54,897 nt of DNA from Rhizaria sp. SCN 62-66. Its lineage: Eukaryota. The position numbers were made by a program, and so were the translations under genes. Each line of letters starts with the position of its first letter. Position 1 is the first letter of the stretch. The stretch covers positions 62,001 to 116,897 of the forward strand of contig MEDY01000040.1 of assembly GCA_001724265.1 (NCBI GenBank), read 5' to 3'. Under the pieces are notes generated by a model, which saw nothing but the letters and a program-made list of their open reading frames with translations, was not told the origin of the DNA and did not search any database. Shown piece by piece: positions 1 through 13,012 of the stretch.

Positions 1-705
1 ATGCCGACACGACCTGCCACATCGCCCGATAATGGGGTTTTCATTGACATTGCCGACAAACCTATCACGATGATATAAGCTTAAAATTGCAATTTTATAG
101 CTAATTCTCTCTGTACGCACCTAACTAGTAACCGGTAACGATCTGACCACAAAAGGATTCTACACAACCTCACAGCTACCTACACAAAACCAGATGGCGG
201 CAGGATGACGGGCTAACGTGTTATTCACCGGGTTTTGAAATTGTTTTGCATTCAAATATGTACGCACTCGGACGGTTTCATAAGCCGTCATGCCAGTCTT
301 GGGTGATGAGTAAGTTGGTGGTGGTTCTGTTCACGTTTATATTAGCTCCGTAGTCATTTTTTTTATAGTTTATTGTTTGTTTCTGTCAGGTCACTTTTGT
401 TCCAACAAGTGTTCAATACATTCACATGTTTATTTTTCCGATTCAAGTGCTGACGATACACAACAACATACTGTATGCTATACAATTATGCCAATATTGC
501 TATCGCTCTTGCCTTGCACTCCTTTGCATTTGCACTCAACGAACGAGCCACACTAGTGATAACAAGTCATGTGAGTATAAAAATATGATTACTTCTATAC
601 ATTCTAGGTAATTAATCGGCACGATAGTGCTTTGTTGTTATGCTTAGTCGTTTCACCGTCGACCTGACTGTGGCTCCTTGACTCGTAGCTGCGTAGTCGT
701 GTTGT

Positions 706-3700
706 TTAGGCAGTCTCATCGTAGAACTGGTTGAGGCTGGACTCAAGCACGGGGATGCTGTACTGCACGTACTTACCGGGCTTGGTAGAGAACGTGAGGT
801 TCTCATACGTAGCCAAAAATGTACGGTAGCGCGGCAGTATGAGGTCGATGTTCGTCGCACGGAGCTAACAAAAGAAGTGACAAACAAGAAAAGCAGATGT
901 AAGTGAGGCAAATGAACATATATCAGCCTGAAACTTAACTTAATACAACAATAAGCAACACAAAAATACAAATTTAAAGCAATTTCATGCACATTTGTGT
1001 TCGAAGCGTCATGGTATTCGGGTAAAACGTTGACATACCTGACCGCGCAAGTCTGCGTCGGGGATGGGATATGCCCTCTGTGTGCGGTAGATCTCATCAA
1101 ACGTGGTGTTAAAGCCCGCAAACTTCCTCTTGATTGTCGGCTTGACCGAGTCCGGCACCAGTGACCCCTTACACTGTGCCAGGATCTGCGGCGCGTCTTC
1201 CACAGAGAGATAAGTTAAGACGCGTCCCCAGGTCGCCGTTGAATAAGCCGCCTGAGCCTCACGCATTTTGCCGACATACCGTACCTCGGCACCGCGGCCC
1301 AGGGCCAGGCCGGAGCGGGAGGCGGCGCGGAAGATGTAGTGGTAGTTGTTGAGCAGGAACAGCGCAGACAGGGCCGGGGCGCGCGACGCAGTGCTAAACA
1401 GGGTGATATCAAGCGAAAAGCAGAGAAAAGAAAGAGAAAACGTTATCCAATGACGTGAGAGTGAGAAATAAGAACAAATAAGTCACACAAAAGAAACTTT
1501 AGCATATGACACAATAAATGTATACTTTTGCGATTAGAGTGCGAAATATAACGTACTTTTGCGCTTGTTTCTCGAGGGTCTGCTCGAGCGAGAGCATGAG
1601 CATGCGCAGCAGCCTGTGCACCAGCGGCTCGTCGTCGTCCGCGTCATCACCCAGCACACCAGCAGCCGTGGTCGCGGCAGCGGCGGCGGCGGCGTTGGCG
1701 GCAGCCGTGGCGGCGGCACCCGAGACGGAGAGGATCGAGTCTGAGAGCTGGTTGATGACGTCAGCGTAGCCAGACAGTTGGCTGAGTAGTGTCAGTGTAT
1801 CAACGGTTAAACCGGAGACGGAGCCCTTGTTGGAGGCGCGCGCCAGAGAGGTCTTGTCGGGGCGGTAGTCGGTGATCGCTGCGTGCTGCTCACGTACCGC
1901 CGTCGCCACAGCCTCGGCCACTTGGCGCCTGTTATCAGCAGGAGAGAGAGAGAGAGAGAGGGAAAGAGCAATGCAAAACAAGGATTGAGGTACATTTGAT
2001 GAGGTAATAGAGCGCAGAGATACGAGGCTGTCCATATACCGACCTCAATTAATGATTAATACAAACGCTGTTATTTAAATATACAACTACATTCTTCACC
2101 AGACGTAATGCGAAGAATATTCCCCATGTTTTTGTCCAACATACCGGAACTCCGTGATTTTGCCGAACTGGTCCGAAATGACGCGGCCCTTCTTGAGCAC
2201 CGAGCGGAACCGCGGGAGATTGCTGTTCAAGTGTCCCATCAAGTCCAGCATGTGCAACAGCCTATTCGCCGAGCGCTCCTTGAGGCACAGATCGAGGTGC
2301 TTGAGAATGTAGTCAAGCGATTCCGCCAGTGTCAACGCGAGCCGGTCGTCGAGGTCTTCGGCTTCGAGTGACGTCGAGTGCACGACATTGTACCACAGCT
2401 CAGTCTCCAGCTCCCACACGCGCAGCGCCAGGTCAATGTAGAAGATGCTGCGGTGAGTCCCGCGCACGTAACGACCCACGCGTTCCCCGCCGCTTTCGTA
2501 GCCGCCACCGGTACCGGCGCCCGCGCCCGCGGCAATGGCGGCGGCGGCGGCGGCGGCGGCCATGGCGGTGGGGTCCGGCCTCGCCCACTGGCCCGCGCCG
2601 CCGGGGCTGTTGGCAGTCGCCGTCGCGTTTGCAGTGCCGGGGGCGCCAATTATCGAGTTGCGCGGCAGGTTACTGTCGCCGCCCATGGTACTTAGATTCC
2701 CGCCGCCGAGCCCTAGGGTACTTACACCGCTCGCGGGCGCCTGCGCCGGCCCGCCCCCCGGCGTCAGCGCGCCAGGCAGCGGCAGCAGACGCGTTTGCCG
2801 CACCACCGACGCGGCGACGGCGAGCGACCCGACTCCAGAGCGGCTTAACATAAAGTTCCCCAGTCCAGCCACAGGCGTCGCACCGACAGCGCTGGCACCG
2901 GTGACCTGCGGCGACGGCGTTCCAGTGCCGTTGGCGCGGGGGCCCGAATGAGATCCAGCGACCGTGAGCATGCCGCCCCCAGCACCGCCGGCACCGGCCC
3001 CAGTGCCGGGGCCGGCGAGGACCAAGCTGCCAGCGGCGCTGCCGCCGCCGCCGCCGCCGCCGCCGTGGCCGTGGCCGTGGGGGTGATGGGCTGCCGAGGC
3101 CGAGGCCGCCGCCGCCGCCGCCGCGGTGCCCGACTCCGACGCGGCTAGACTTAAAAACGGGTTGTAGCCAGACGCGACAGTGCGCTTGAGGATGAGCTTG
3201 AGGAACGCGCCGCGGTGCGTTTGCAGCGAGTCCAAGTACGCGCGGTTGTCTGCCGAGTCAAGTGACTGTGCAACTGCCGCGAGACGGGTGACGATGTTCT
3301 CGGGAATGAGCTCGAGAGTGTCGGGCAGCGGCCAGGGGAGGCGCGAGAGGTCGGGAACGCGTGTATGGATGGAGAGAACGCGCTCGAACTCGACTTGGCA
3401 CTCCAGGACGCCTTTCCGCAGTAGATCTTTGATGCGACGCAGAGTTCGGTCGGCGTGCTTGAAGGTGAGGTTGCGGCCCCAAAAGGCGGAGGCGACGCGG
3501 AGGGCGCCCACCCACTCTAAGTAGCCGTTGTAGTCAACCTCGATGCGGCGCTCCGAGACCTGGAGGTCGGATTCGTGTGCGATCGCGTAGTTGTCGATGA
3601 TCTGAGTCACGTCGGTCACTACAGAGTCAAGCCGTTGGCCGGTGGTGACGAGAGCGCGCGTGTCAGAGTCGAGGGGACGCAGAATAGCCTCGAGTGCCTC

Positions 3701-3913
3701 CATGCGCGAGGTGAACTCGTCGAGCTCGCTGTGCATCGAATCCGTCACGCTCTGGCACTTGTCGATGGCGTCACGGATAAACGCGATTTTGTTCTTCTCA
3801 CGCTGCAGCTGCACTGACTCTTCGTGGAGATATGTCGGTAAACCGAGCTTGGCAAGGATGGCGTGGTTGGCCGCGCTCAGGGAGCCGTCGGACCCGCCGT
3901 TGGGGTCGCTCAT
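706..3913 (-). CDS. EXO70: Exocyst complex subunit Exo70 (EXOC7); 4 exons: 3913-2145, 1928-1557, 1393-1039, 864-706; ~884 aa
   Basis: Spliced at GT-AG sites, the frame gives Exo70-type motifs: N-terminal coiled coil (DSMHSELDEFTSRMEALE), GSVSGLTVDTL, ALFLLNNYHYI, IKRKFAGFNTTFDEIYRTQRAYPIPDADLRGQLR and ILPRYRTFLATY..FSTKPGKYVQY. Ends in TAA at 708-706. Contains a ~230-aa Gly/Ala-rich insert. Confidence 0.92.
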
Positions 3914-4370
3914 AAGGCGCGAGAGCAAAGGCGCAGAGGCTGGTCGAGGGAGAAAGGGTGCTGGTTCGTTGCTGGGTTCGATGTGGCTCGCGAGCGGTTA
4001 GAGCTAGAGCTGTCGGGGAATGAAAACAATGTGCCAGAAAAGATAAATAAAGAGGTAAAAAGAGTTCATAAGGTTAATATGCTCACAGAAACAGAAATCT
4101 CAATGTGACGAAGGGCAGTCGCTCTAATTCCAAAATTCGATTGGATTCTCACGACGCCCGATTGGCACGGACCCCACCGCTCGACCACTGGTGAGTGTCA
4201 CGCAGTCAAGTCCTCTGCACAAGTATTGAAAAGCGAGGATATTACTCTGAAGTTCACATGTATTCACAATTAATCACTGGATAAATAATCTAACACAGAT
4301 ACATAACATTAATTTACTCGAATTACAACGCACAACAATGTACAATATGTGCGTCTTGAAAATCTGTAGC

Positions 4371-7155
4371 TTAAATGCGGTTGAGTCTAGCACTGAAAAA
4401 GACCCCAAACCCGGGCTTCTTGCTATACGGCACAATATTCTTCTTGTTGCGCGCAAAGTCCGCCGGTTTCTGGTACAACTCGATCGACATCGTCTTTCCG
4501 TTGGCGGCGTATAAAGCGTTAGGCTCGATAAACGTCCAGCAACGAGTGGATAAATACTCTTTTTTAGTGTGCCTCAGCTCGATCACGATGCCCCAGCCCT
4601 GCTCGAGCTTCTCGAACGCTTCCTGCAGCGCAAACACGGCCTCCCCGTTGGGAAACGCGATGACATCATGCCCCGCCGCAACTCCTAACACACTCGCTTC
4701 AGCTGACGTCAGCAGCGTGCCAGTGCGCGAGTCTTGCACTGGCCCGACCGTGTTGCCGTCTGCGTCGACGAGCGTGAGCGTCACGCGCGGCTCCTTCAGG
4801 TCGGCTCCGTCCTTGACGATGACGCGCTCGACGCCCACGGTCACCGCGGTCTGTCCTAGCCCCAGCTCCGGAGGGTGCAGCGGCAGGTACCCCGGGCCGC
4901 CGCTGCGGGGTCCGGCGCCCTTGGCCGTCACCGCCGCGGGCGCGGGCGCGAGAACGGGCTCGTAGTAGGACAGGTTGCGTCGGATCAACGCGCTGCCGGG
5001 CTCCATCGCGGCCGCCTGTCCGCCGATCGTGCTGAGCCGGCCCATCGTCGCAGCCGAGGAGGCGGAGTGCACGAACGTCCCGCTCGCAGTGTTGAGGCCG
5101 AGCCCGAGGCTGCCGAAGCTGCCGTTGAGACTGCTGTTGCCGCCGCCCAAGCTGCTGCCGGCGCCGGCGCCAGGTGCAGTGGAGTTGACGCGCACGATGA
5201 GAGGAACCAGTCCGATACCGGCGCCGAGCTTAGCGTGGGGGTTGACAGCGGTCCCAGTCGTCATGGCTGTGGTGGGTGTCAGAGCGTCATGTGCGCCGCC
5301 GCCGCCGCCGCCACCAGTCGCTGAGTGGGGGTTCAGGTTGCTGTTGCTGTTGCTGCGCGGATGGCGGCTGTGGCTCCCGTCGAAAGTGAAGCCGCCCTGC
5401 TCTGACATGACGTCCATGGTGTCCCCGAGAGGCGAGGAGACGAGGCCGACCGGGGTGGCGCCGCCGCCGTGGAGATGGATGTGGAGCCGATTGCTGCCCT
5501 GACTGCCGTTGTGCCCGCCACCGCCGCCACAGCCGCCGCCAGAGCGGGAGAAAGACTGGCCGCGGATGCCGCCGCGGGCCACCGTCGCTGCCGTGGCGCC
5601 GGCGACTTCTGGGTCGCTGCCGATCTGCAGTGTGAGGCCGTGGCCGCCGCCGTCGGGGAGGGAGCCGCGCGGGTTTATCTGGGTCATGCTGCCCATGCGC
5701 ATCATGTGTTGCTGGTTGCGGCTAGTCCCAGCGATCAGACCCCCGCCGGTGTGGCCGCCGTCAGCGGTCACGCCTTCGCTTCTATCGGCGGTGTTGCCAT
5801 CGGTGTGAGCGGCGTTGGTGGCGTTGTAGGCGGTGGGACCGAAAAAAGCCTCGCTCATGAGCCGGCCCTGAGCGCCAAAGGCCTCGCGGTGGCCGCGGTC
5901 CATGTCGATGCCGCCGTCCAGCTGGCTGGCGTTGGCGTTGGCGGGGGCGTTGGCGTTGCCGCCCACCCCCGCCCGTGAGGAAGACCCGTCGGGTGCGTTG
6001 GCTGCAGTATGCGGGAAGCTAAAGAAGGAAGCCTGACGCTGATGTGCCTGCGACTGATGCTGTTGGTCGTTGTACGGACTGTCAGCGTTGTCGTATTGGT
6101 CAGGGTTGGTGATGTTGGTATCGTCGTAGTTGTTGTCGTTGTAGTTGCCATAGTTATAGTCCTCCTCCACAGCAGCAGCGGCGGCGGCGGCGGCAGCGGC
6201 AGCAGCAGCTTCATACTGCAACTGCTCCGACTTGTCCCTCATCCGCTGCAGTAGCGCGCGCTCACGGGCAACGACTTCTTCCAGCGCAATAGCAGCCGGT
6301 AAGTTGACGCTGCGCCACATGTCCCCCGACGGCGAGGAGGAAGTAAAGCCGCTCCCGCCGGAAGTTCGGCCGCCGCGGCCGCCCGCCGCGGACGCCGATG
6401 GGTTGCTAGACGTGGAGGTCAAGCCGGTGTCTGCGCCGGCGACGATGCCAGAGCTGGACGCCGTCATCTGGCTGGAGTCGATTGCGGGCGCCGTGGCGGC
6501 GTACTCGCCCGCTTGCGGTGTGAAGACGACTTGCAGTAGCACGGCGAGAGCCCGCATGTGTTCCGCGGAGAGACCGGTGGCGCCCGCGACGTACTCGGCG
6601 GCGCGCGCGATGTCGTCGGCGTCGGCGGCGGCGTCGTCGGCCACGTCCTCGACGGCCACGCCCGCCGCCGTAGCCAGCGCCAAGGCAGACTGGGTGAGCG
6701 GCGTCTCGCGGCTCTCCAGGGTCGCCACGGAGAAACTGCACGCGTACCCGTTGGCCAGGGGGTCGTAGCCAAGGTCGAGGATGTCGCCCAGGCGGCGCGC
6801 GCGCAGGGCGATGGCGGCGCGGAGACGGGAGATGATGGTCGCGTCGGCGGGGGTGGGAGAGAGCTCGGGCAGCTGATACGCCAGAAGGCGAGAAATCCTA
6901 CGGGTATAAAGCAGATTCATGAAATAAAAAAGTTACATATAAGTTTAAATACACATTAGTCGTAATATATTTGAATATATATTTCATAAGTGCCGATTCG
7001 CGGAAGATAGAGAGGAGAGATGCGTACTTTTCGTACTCGCCCATGGCATCATCGACCTGTCCCCAGACGTCTGCGTCCACTGCAGTGGCGTAGATAGTAG
7101 CCCAGTTGTTGCGCGCCAGGCGCTGCAGGCGCTGCGTCTCGGCGTTGTAGGCCAT
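4371..7155 (-). CDS. AIDA: Axin interactor dorsalization-associated protein (AIDA) homologue; exons 7155-7028, 6897-4371; ~884 aa
   Basis: N-terminal W..IY..AVDADVWGQVDDAMGEYEKISRLL matches the AIDA N-domain (DFDSWGQLVEAIDEY type). C-terminal C2-like domain IVIELRHTKKEYLSTRCWTF..SIELYQKPADF. 130-nt GT-AG intron. Ends in TAA. Confidence 0.88.
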
Positions 7156-8020
7156 CGCGGGAGGCGGGGCGCAGCGACGGGGAGGGCGGAGAGGTTCGGG
7201 GGTGGCGGGTCCGTGGAAGAAAGGGAAGGGACTTCAGGTGTGCTGTGACGTCAGGGGGACGGCAAGGGAAATGAAGATATTTAGGCAAAGATGTACAGAA
7301 GTGCGATTAAAACAGTGTTGCGTATAAATTTAACGGAGATGTCTATATCATACTAAGTCAGGTCTTGCAATGGAGCTATTAAAAATAGTTGCCGGCGATA
7401 TCCGAGACGGGTGCGAGCGTGAGGAGTTCAAAGGAATGCAAACGGGTCCCTTGCGCAAACTTAGACCAACCAGCGATGTAGTACAACTGTCTTGGAAAAA
7501 TTCAACGCAAATACACTAGAGCCATGGATGAAGCAGCAATAACACACAGTATCAAGCCGAAAAAACGATATGGGTCCGGTCTGCGAGGAAGATAGAGGAG
7601 ATAGCGCCTGGGCTACACCCCATTTCAATAGGCGAGAGTCTTTAATTCCTAGCGGTCTCTGCAGGCGACCCCACAAGCTCTACGCAGATACCTAGTTTAA
7701 GATCTATTAGATCGCAACATAAGGTACCATAACATAGTACAATTGGCTCATTTGCGCGGATGTGTCGTGCGCAGTCAAACGATCGAGTTAGCATGATTGG
7801 GAGACCCCACTCCGCTGTCGCCGAGCCACAAGTCCGTTGCGGACCGAACACCTTCTTGAATACTTCTATATCTCGCTACCATAACCGTCTACAACATCAA
7901 GCCTGGGATATCACAGTTGAACCGTAACGACTTTGCTTATACTTCTGACTGTTTTCTTTCCTGCGGTTAGTGTTCCTTGCTCCCCCGAGGCCCGCTGTGA
8001 CCGCAGCGACGCTGCTTCCA

Positions 8021-9952
8021 ATGTCCCTCCCCTTGCTCCCGGCGCTCACTACGGGCGGCCCCGCGCTCCTGGCGATTTCGCCATGTCATTCTGCGACAGA
8101 TGACTACGCAGTGCCTCTTGTGGCCGTGCTTGCCGCGCTCTGGCTGTGCATGATAGCCTCTTGCTGGCTGTCGCAGCTCTGCGTCGTCTCAACCCGCTCA
8201 GTACTGCGCTATGGCAAACTGCAGCCAAACACGGCCGCAATCAACGCCAATTTAAGCAAAACCGCACATCGTGACTCCCAAGCTAGTAATCCCGGTTACT
8301 TCAAGATGCTGTGCAGTTCTGTTGCGGATTCTCTCTATATCAACCGCTCGACGGCGTTTGCGTCCTATTATGCCACCGCCATAGGCCTCTTTGCCGTGCT
8401 CGCAGTGTCATTCTCACTCTCTCTCACTCTTGCCACGGAGACAACTGGCGCTACTGCAACTCTAGCTGCTACCAACGTTTATGCCGAGACTGCAAGTGCG
8501 AACGCGAGTGTGAGTGTTGATGATGCTGCCGTTGGTGTTACAGTTGGTGTAGTGCCCGCATTGCAAGGCTTGGTCGCTGCATTCCTGTTGCTTTTGCATC
8601 TGCTGCGGCGGCTATGCGAATCTCTCCGTGACTGCTACTACGACTACAAAGCTGCGTCACTTCATAAGAGCAATAACAGCATTAGCGGCATCACCCACCA
8701 ACAGAATCAAGACAATAATGCACAGTCACATTCCCAATTACGGACGCAGCGGCAGTCTAAACAGCATATCTTTGTGTGTGTCGCTGGCTGTGTGTTTTAC
8801 GTGACACTTGTGCTATCGACGTTCGTGTCAAACAACCTCTTTGACTTGTCATTTATCTCGTCTTTCTTTTCAGCAACTGATAATAGTGACATTTCATCGT
8901 CTCTCTTGAATGTATCAAAAGGGAGTGCAAGCGCGACAGGGACTGCTCATAAGCTTGCCGCTCTATTTTCACTTATGCACTCACACAAATCACTCGTTCC
9001 CAGTCGCGACAACAACAGTGCCGCTCCAGCTCGCGGCGACAGCAGCCACTTATTGTCGCTCACAGTCACTTCGTAGCCGCTGCTCACGGTCACTCTGCTG
9101 TTGGACGCACTGCGTGTGACTGTGGGCGTTGCACTGTTTATAATTGCGACGCGCGCGCAGTTCAGCGCCCACAGTCAGTTGGCACGGCTGGCGGCACAGC
9201 GCCGAGGACTCACAGCCGTGACCTTGAGCAGCCGTGAAGTGACTGTGGGCAGCAGTGAGAGCCGGACCCAAAGCGCTGGCCATATCGTGGGTTTGAGTGA
9301 GAGGGCAGTGCTTGCGAACAACGATACTCATTGCGATGCAACAAACACTGTGAGTGACAGTGCAAACAAAGTAACTTCGAGTCAAGTGAACAGTTGTGGT
9401 TACAGTATCCCGACCGGTGATTGGTTCGAGTTTAGCTCGTCTCCGCACTATTTGGCAGAAATGCTGATCTATACCGCGCTCTTCCTGATCACATTCACTC
9501 CGACAACAACGTTCTTTGCAGCTCCAGCATCAGTCGCCACTAGTGGTGCTGAGTACTGCTTCCACGGCGGCTTAGTTTCGCACGCAGCGGGCTTACTTTC
9601 CGTCTCATACGCACTCGCCTACCGCACTTTGACTGCTGCCGGTGCGTCGCTTGTTGCAGTGCTTATCTCTGTCCTCAACGCAGCCACTGCGTCGACCTTC
9701 AGAGCCACAGGCCGCGTCCACACCAAGACTCTGAACGGTTTGCTCACGGTCGCTGTTTCACTGTGGGCGGCCGCGGTCAGGGCGCCGATGCTGCTGTGTC
9801 TGGTCTGGGTGTTGTCGAACGTTGGGATTCTGGCGCGGGAGACGCATGCGTGGTATTTGCGCGTGTTTGGCAAGGATTATCCCGTGAAAAGGGCGCCGTT
9901 GGTGCCCAAATGGAAGCTGAAGGCGCTCTTTTGCTGCGCTAAACGCACCTAA
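8021..9952 (+). CDS. SRD5A3: Polyprenol reductase (SRD5A3/DFG10, steroid 5-alpha-reductase family); single exon with an in-frame TAG at 9074-9076; ~643 aa if read through
   Basis: ORFs 7970-9076 and 9101-9952 are in the same frame, separated only by TAG. Upstream half has RYGK, HLLRRLCES and SKQH...GCVFY. Downstream half has QFSAHSQLARL, IPTGDWFEFSSSPHYLAEMLIY and ETHAWYLRVFGKDYP..R..LVP. Ends in TAA. Confidence 0.88.
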
Positions 9953-10332
9953 AGGCTGAACCTTAAGCACTAAATCACTTTCATGGTTGTTATATTAGTC
10001 AGATATATAGTATACATGGATATTGCTTCAATACATAGTTATCTTCTCACTAAGACCCAGTATATTGTTTTTTTCGTTTGTGACTCTTAGCGGCTCTCGT
10101 CTGAACGATTGGAGCCTCGATCTCCGTAACCTAGTATATCTACCATTTGATCGTCAAATTAAGCATAGCTTCAACACACGAATTTCACAGGCAATATACA
10201 CACTTAAATCTAATTATACCCCTTGAATTATTGTTAGCACTCTGCTTCAGGTCTTTTAGTCCCCACTCCTCGCACTCAGCTTGAACCCACATACCACCTC
10301 TCACTCAAGTGCAGACACCAGTGCTTGCCCTC

Positions 10333-10836
10333 ATGGCCTCGGCTGCCGCGGACTCCCGCGCTCTTTTGCGTCGCCTTTTCCGCGCCACGCGCTCCTTGCC
10401 GTCGCCTAACCACGTCGCCGTCGCCAAGAACAGGATTCGTACGATGTACAAAGACACTCTCACGCAACTCCTTGCCCTGGGCACCAAAACGACCCAGAAC
10501 GCAAGCGCCACAACAACGGTTGAGAGTGTCACCGCGATCGCCGGCATTAAGACCGATACGACTGCGTCTGACGAGGTTGCGGCGGTTGTGCGTGACGGAA
10601 TGCTGTCCGGGGAGACGTATCTGGACACGCTGGAGCTGCAGGGCGGCCACTTGGCGCAGATGCAGTCCCAGGGCTATCTCGTCCGCACATTTGACCTGCC
10701 GCCGCGCATTGCGGCCAGGCAGCGGCAGCAGGCGCAGCTGCGCATGCAGCAGCAGCGGCAGGCGGGGGCCACTGCGACGACGGCGCAGGCGGCCGCGACT
10801 GGGATCACTCTCAACAAAAGCACCACAAACAAGTGA
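10333..10836 (+). CDS. Small LYR-motif-like (Complex1_LYR family) protein, probably mitochondrial; ~167 aa
   Basis: N-terminal ALLRRLFRATRSLPSPNHVAVAKNRIRTMY resembles the LYR pattern L(Y/L)R.LLR....P......A..RIR..(F/Y). Coding-like composition. Ends in TGA. Confidence 0.5.
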   Translation: MASAAADSRALLRRLFRATRSLPSPNHVAVAKNRIRTMYKDTLTQLLALGTKTTQNASATTTVESVTAIAGIKTDTTASDEVAAVVRDGMLSGETYLDTLELQGGHLAQMQSQGYLVRTFDLPPRIAARQRQQAQLRMQQQRQAGATATTAQAAATGITLNKSTTNK

Positions 10837-11244
10837 TTACGTACTTGAGTTTGATACGTATCAGCCAGAATTTAAGTTTATTCAATACTATATAATACAA
10901 TTGGCCAGGACTGTTCTTTCTATTGCTATGGTATTAACTTTAATTGTATTTTATTCTCGTCTCATGTCGCAAAAATCTTTCGACAACAGCCAAGAAAGCT
11001 GTCATCGTTAGTGCTAACATGACACTGTTAAATTCATCAATTCAACAACAAATTGTGATAATATTTCTCGCCACATGTCCCGTCCATCCGTACCAAACGT
11101 ACGTACACGCTGTTATCAGCGTATTATTAACACACCACGGCGACACATGCAACACATGCGTGACAATTAAAAAAATGTTGTCAACTCGCTCATGTTGCCT
11201 TCAGTCGCAGTGATACATAAGTTGATATGTATAGGCTGATTAAC

Positions 11245-13012
11245 TTACTCGGGCTTGGTGGCAGCGGCGGCCTTGCGGGCAGCCTTGCGCTCGGTGGGGT
11301 TCATACCGGCCGAGACCTCGGGGCGCGGCTTAACAAAAGGAATGAACTCCATGTCGTCCATGTACGGCTGCAGCACCTTGGGGACACGCACGCCCTCGGG
11401 AGTCTGGTAGTTCTCGAGAATGCAGCAGAGGGTGCGCTCGGTCGCGCAGAGCGTGCCGTTGAGCATGTGCACGTAGCGCTTCGCCTCGTTGACCTTCTTG
11501 CCGCCGAAACGGGTCTCCATCGCACGGGCCTGAAGAGTAGAGAAAATATATTTTTACATGTCAAGAGATGTGGTGAGCATGAAATGTTCTAAAAATGATA
11601 TATATCATGAAAACAGTTTAAATGCACGTTGATGCAAAATATTGTTTAAGAGTGACGTGATTATATGTACCTGGTAGTCAGTGCAGTTGGAGCAGGAGAC
11701 GAGCTCGCGGTAGACGCCGAGAGTAGGGAACCACGCCTCAATGTCGTTCTTCTTGGCGGCGGCGTTGTTGAGGGCGCCCGAGACGATGGAAACAACGCGG
11801 TAGGGGATCTCGAGCGACTTGATGAAGTCCTCGGAAGTGGCGACCATCTTGTCGAGAGTGGCCCAGGACTCCTCGGGGTCGCAGAGGACGAACTGCTCGA
11901 CCTTCTCGAACTGGTGGACACGGAACACGCCCCACGCGTCCTTGCCGTGCGAGCCGGCCTCCTTGCGGAAGCACGTGGAGATGCCGGCGTAGAAGCGCGG
12001 CAGATCCTTGCTCTCGAGCCACTCACCGCGGTGCAGCGCCGAGATGGGCTGCTCGGAAGTGGCGATGAGGTACATGTCGCCGGACTCGGCCTCGCCGCTG
12101 ACCTTGTAGAGCTCCTCGTCAAACTGCTCGAGCTGCGCCGTGGCCGCCATCGCCTCCTTCTTCATGAAGTACGGGGGCTGGAGGGGCGTGTAGGAGCGGC
12201 GGCGGAGGAACGACAGGCCGTACTGGATCAGAGCCTGCAAGTGAAAAGCAAGGGATAAGAGAAACAAATACGAGTTTTGTTGAGGTAAGATATCGATAGA
12301 AGGCAATATTAAGATCGTATACGTACATATAACGTTGTTATTTTCAAGAAATGCAACTATACAGTCGATGGCATTCAGTAGGTTAGTCTGTAGCAAGTGA
12401 GATAGAGTATTGCGATGAGCTCCGTACCTGGTTGAGCATGACACCGACGCCCTTGAGGAAGTACGCACGGTGGCCAGCAATGGCGACACCGCGGGCGGAC
12501 TCGTAGCCGTCGATCATGTCGAGCAGCTCGTGGTGGTGCAGGTTGTCCGCAGTCATCGTGGGGACGCCCCAGATGCGCTCAATGTTGTTGTGGTCCTCGG
12601 AGGACGCAACAGGCACGGTGGGGTGGACGATGTTGCCGACCTTGTTAATGATGGCGCTGAGCTCGGCCTCGAGCACGGGCACGCGCGCGGTGAGCTCGGT
12701 CGAGTCGTCACGGAGCTTGGCGATCTGAGCCTTCTCCTCGTCGAAGTTCTCCTTCTTCTTGGCCTTCTCGGCCACGGTCTTAGAGATGGCGCCGATCTTA
12801 GCGCGCATCTGCTCAAGCTCGTAGCGCTGCGCCTTGACATACGCGTCGAGCTTCTTCGCGCCGGTCACGAGGTCCAGCTCCTCGGTGGAAGTCGAGGCAG
12901 CGTCGATGATCTTGTCGACGTTAACGGTGCGGGTCTCGCAACGCTTCTTCTGGGACGCGATGGCCTCGGCAACCTCCTCCTCGCCGCGGAAATAAACGGT
13001 GTCAATAGGCAT
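11245..13012 (-). CDS. SARS1: Cytosolic seryl-tRNA synthetase; exons 13012-12428, 12234-11671, 11529-11245; ~477 aa
   Basis: Class II SerRS motifs [62 protein letters not shown] and [23 protein letters not shown]. Two GT-AG introns restore the frame. Ends in TAA. Confidence 0.97.

Noticed and set aside
7642-7851. Minus-strand ARHIRANEPIVLCYG resembling a SET-domain C-terminal motif
   Set aside because: It is only one short motif with no upstream NHSC-type motif and no coherent gene model. Could be chance or a remnant.
9065-9076. 12-nt GT..TAG micro-introns (GTCACTTCGTAG here; GTCTGCTCCTAG in CEP41) as an explanation for the in-frame TAGs
   Set aside because: These are shorter than the smallest known spliceosomal introns (~15 nt), have a non-consensus donor, are absent at the other three TAGs, and would delete aligned residues in CEP41.
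11245-13012. A functional link between the SerRS gene and UAG recoding
   Set aside because: It is an ordinary housekeeping SerRS. Genomic proximity is uninformative in eukaryotes, and no tRNA gene was recognisable in the window.
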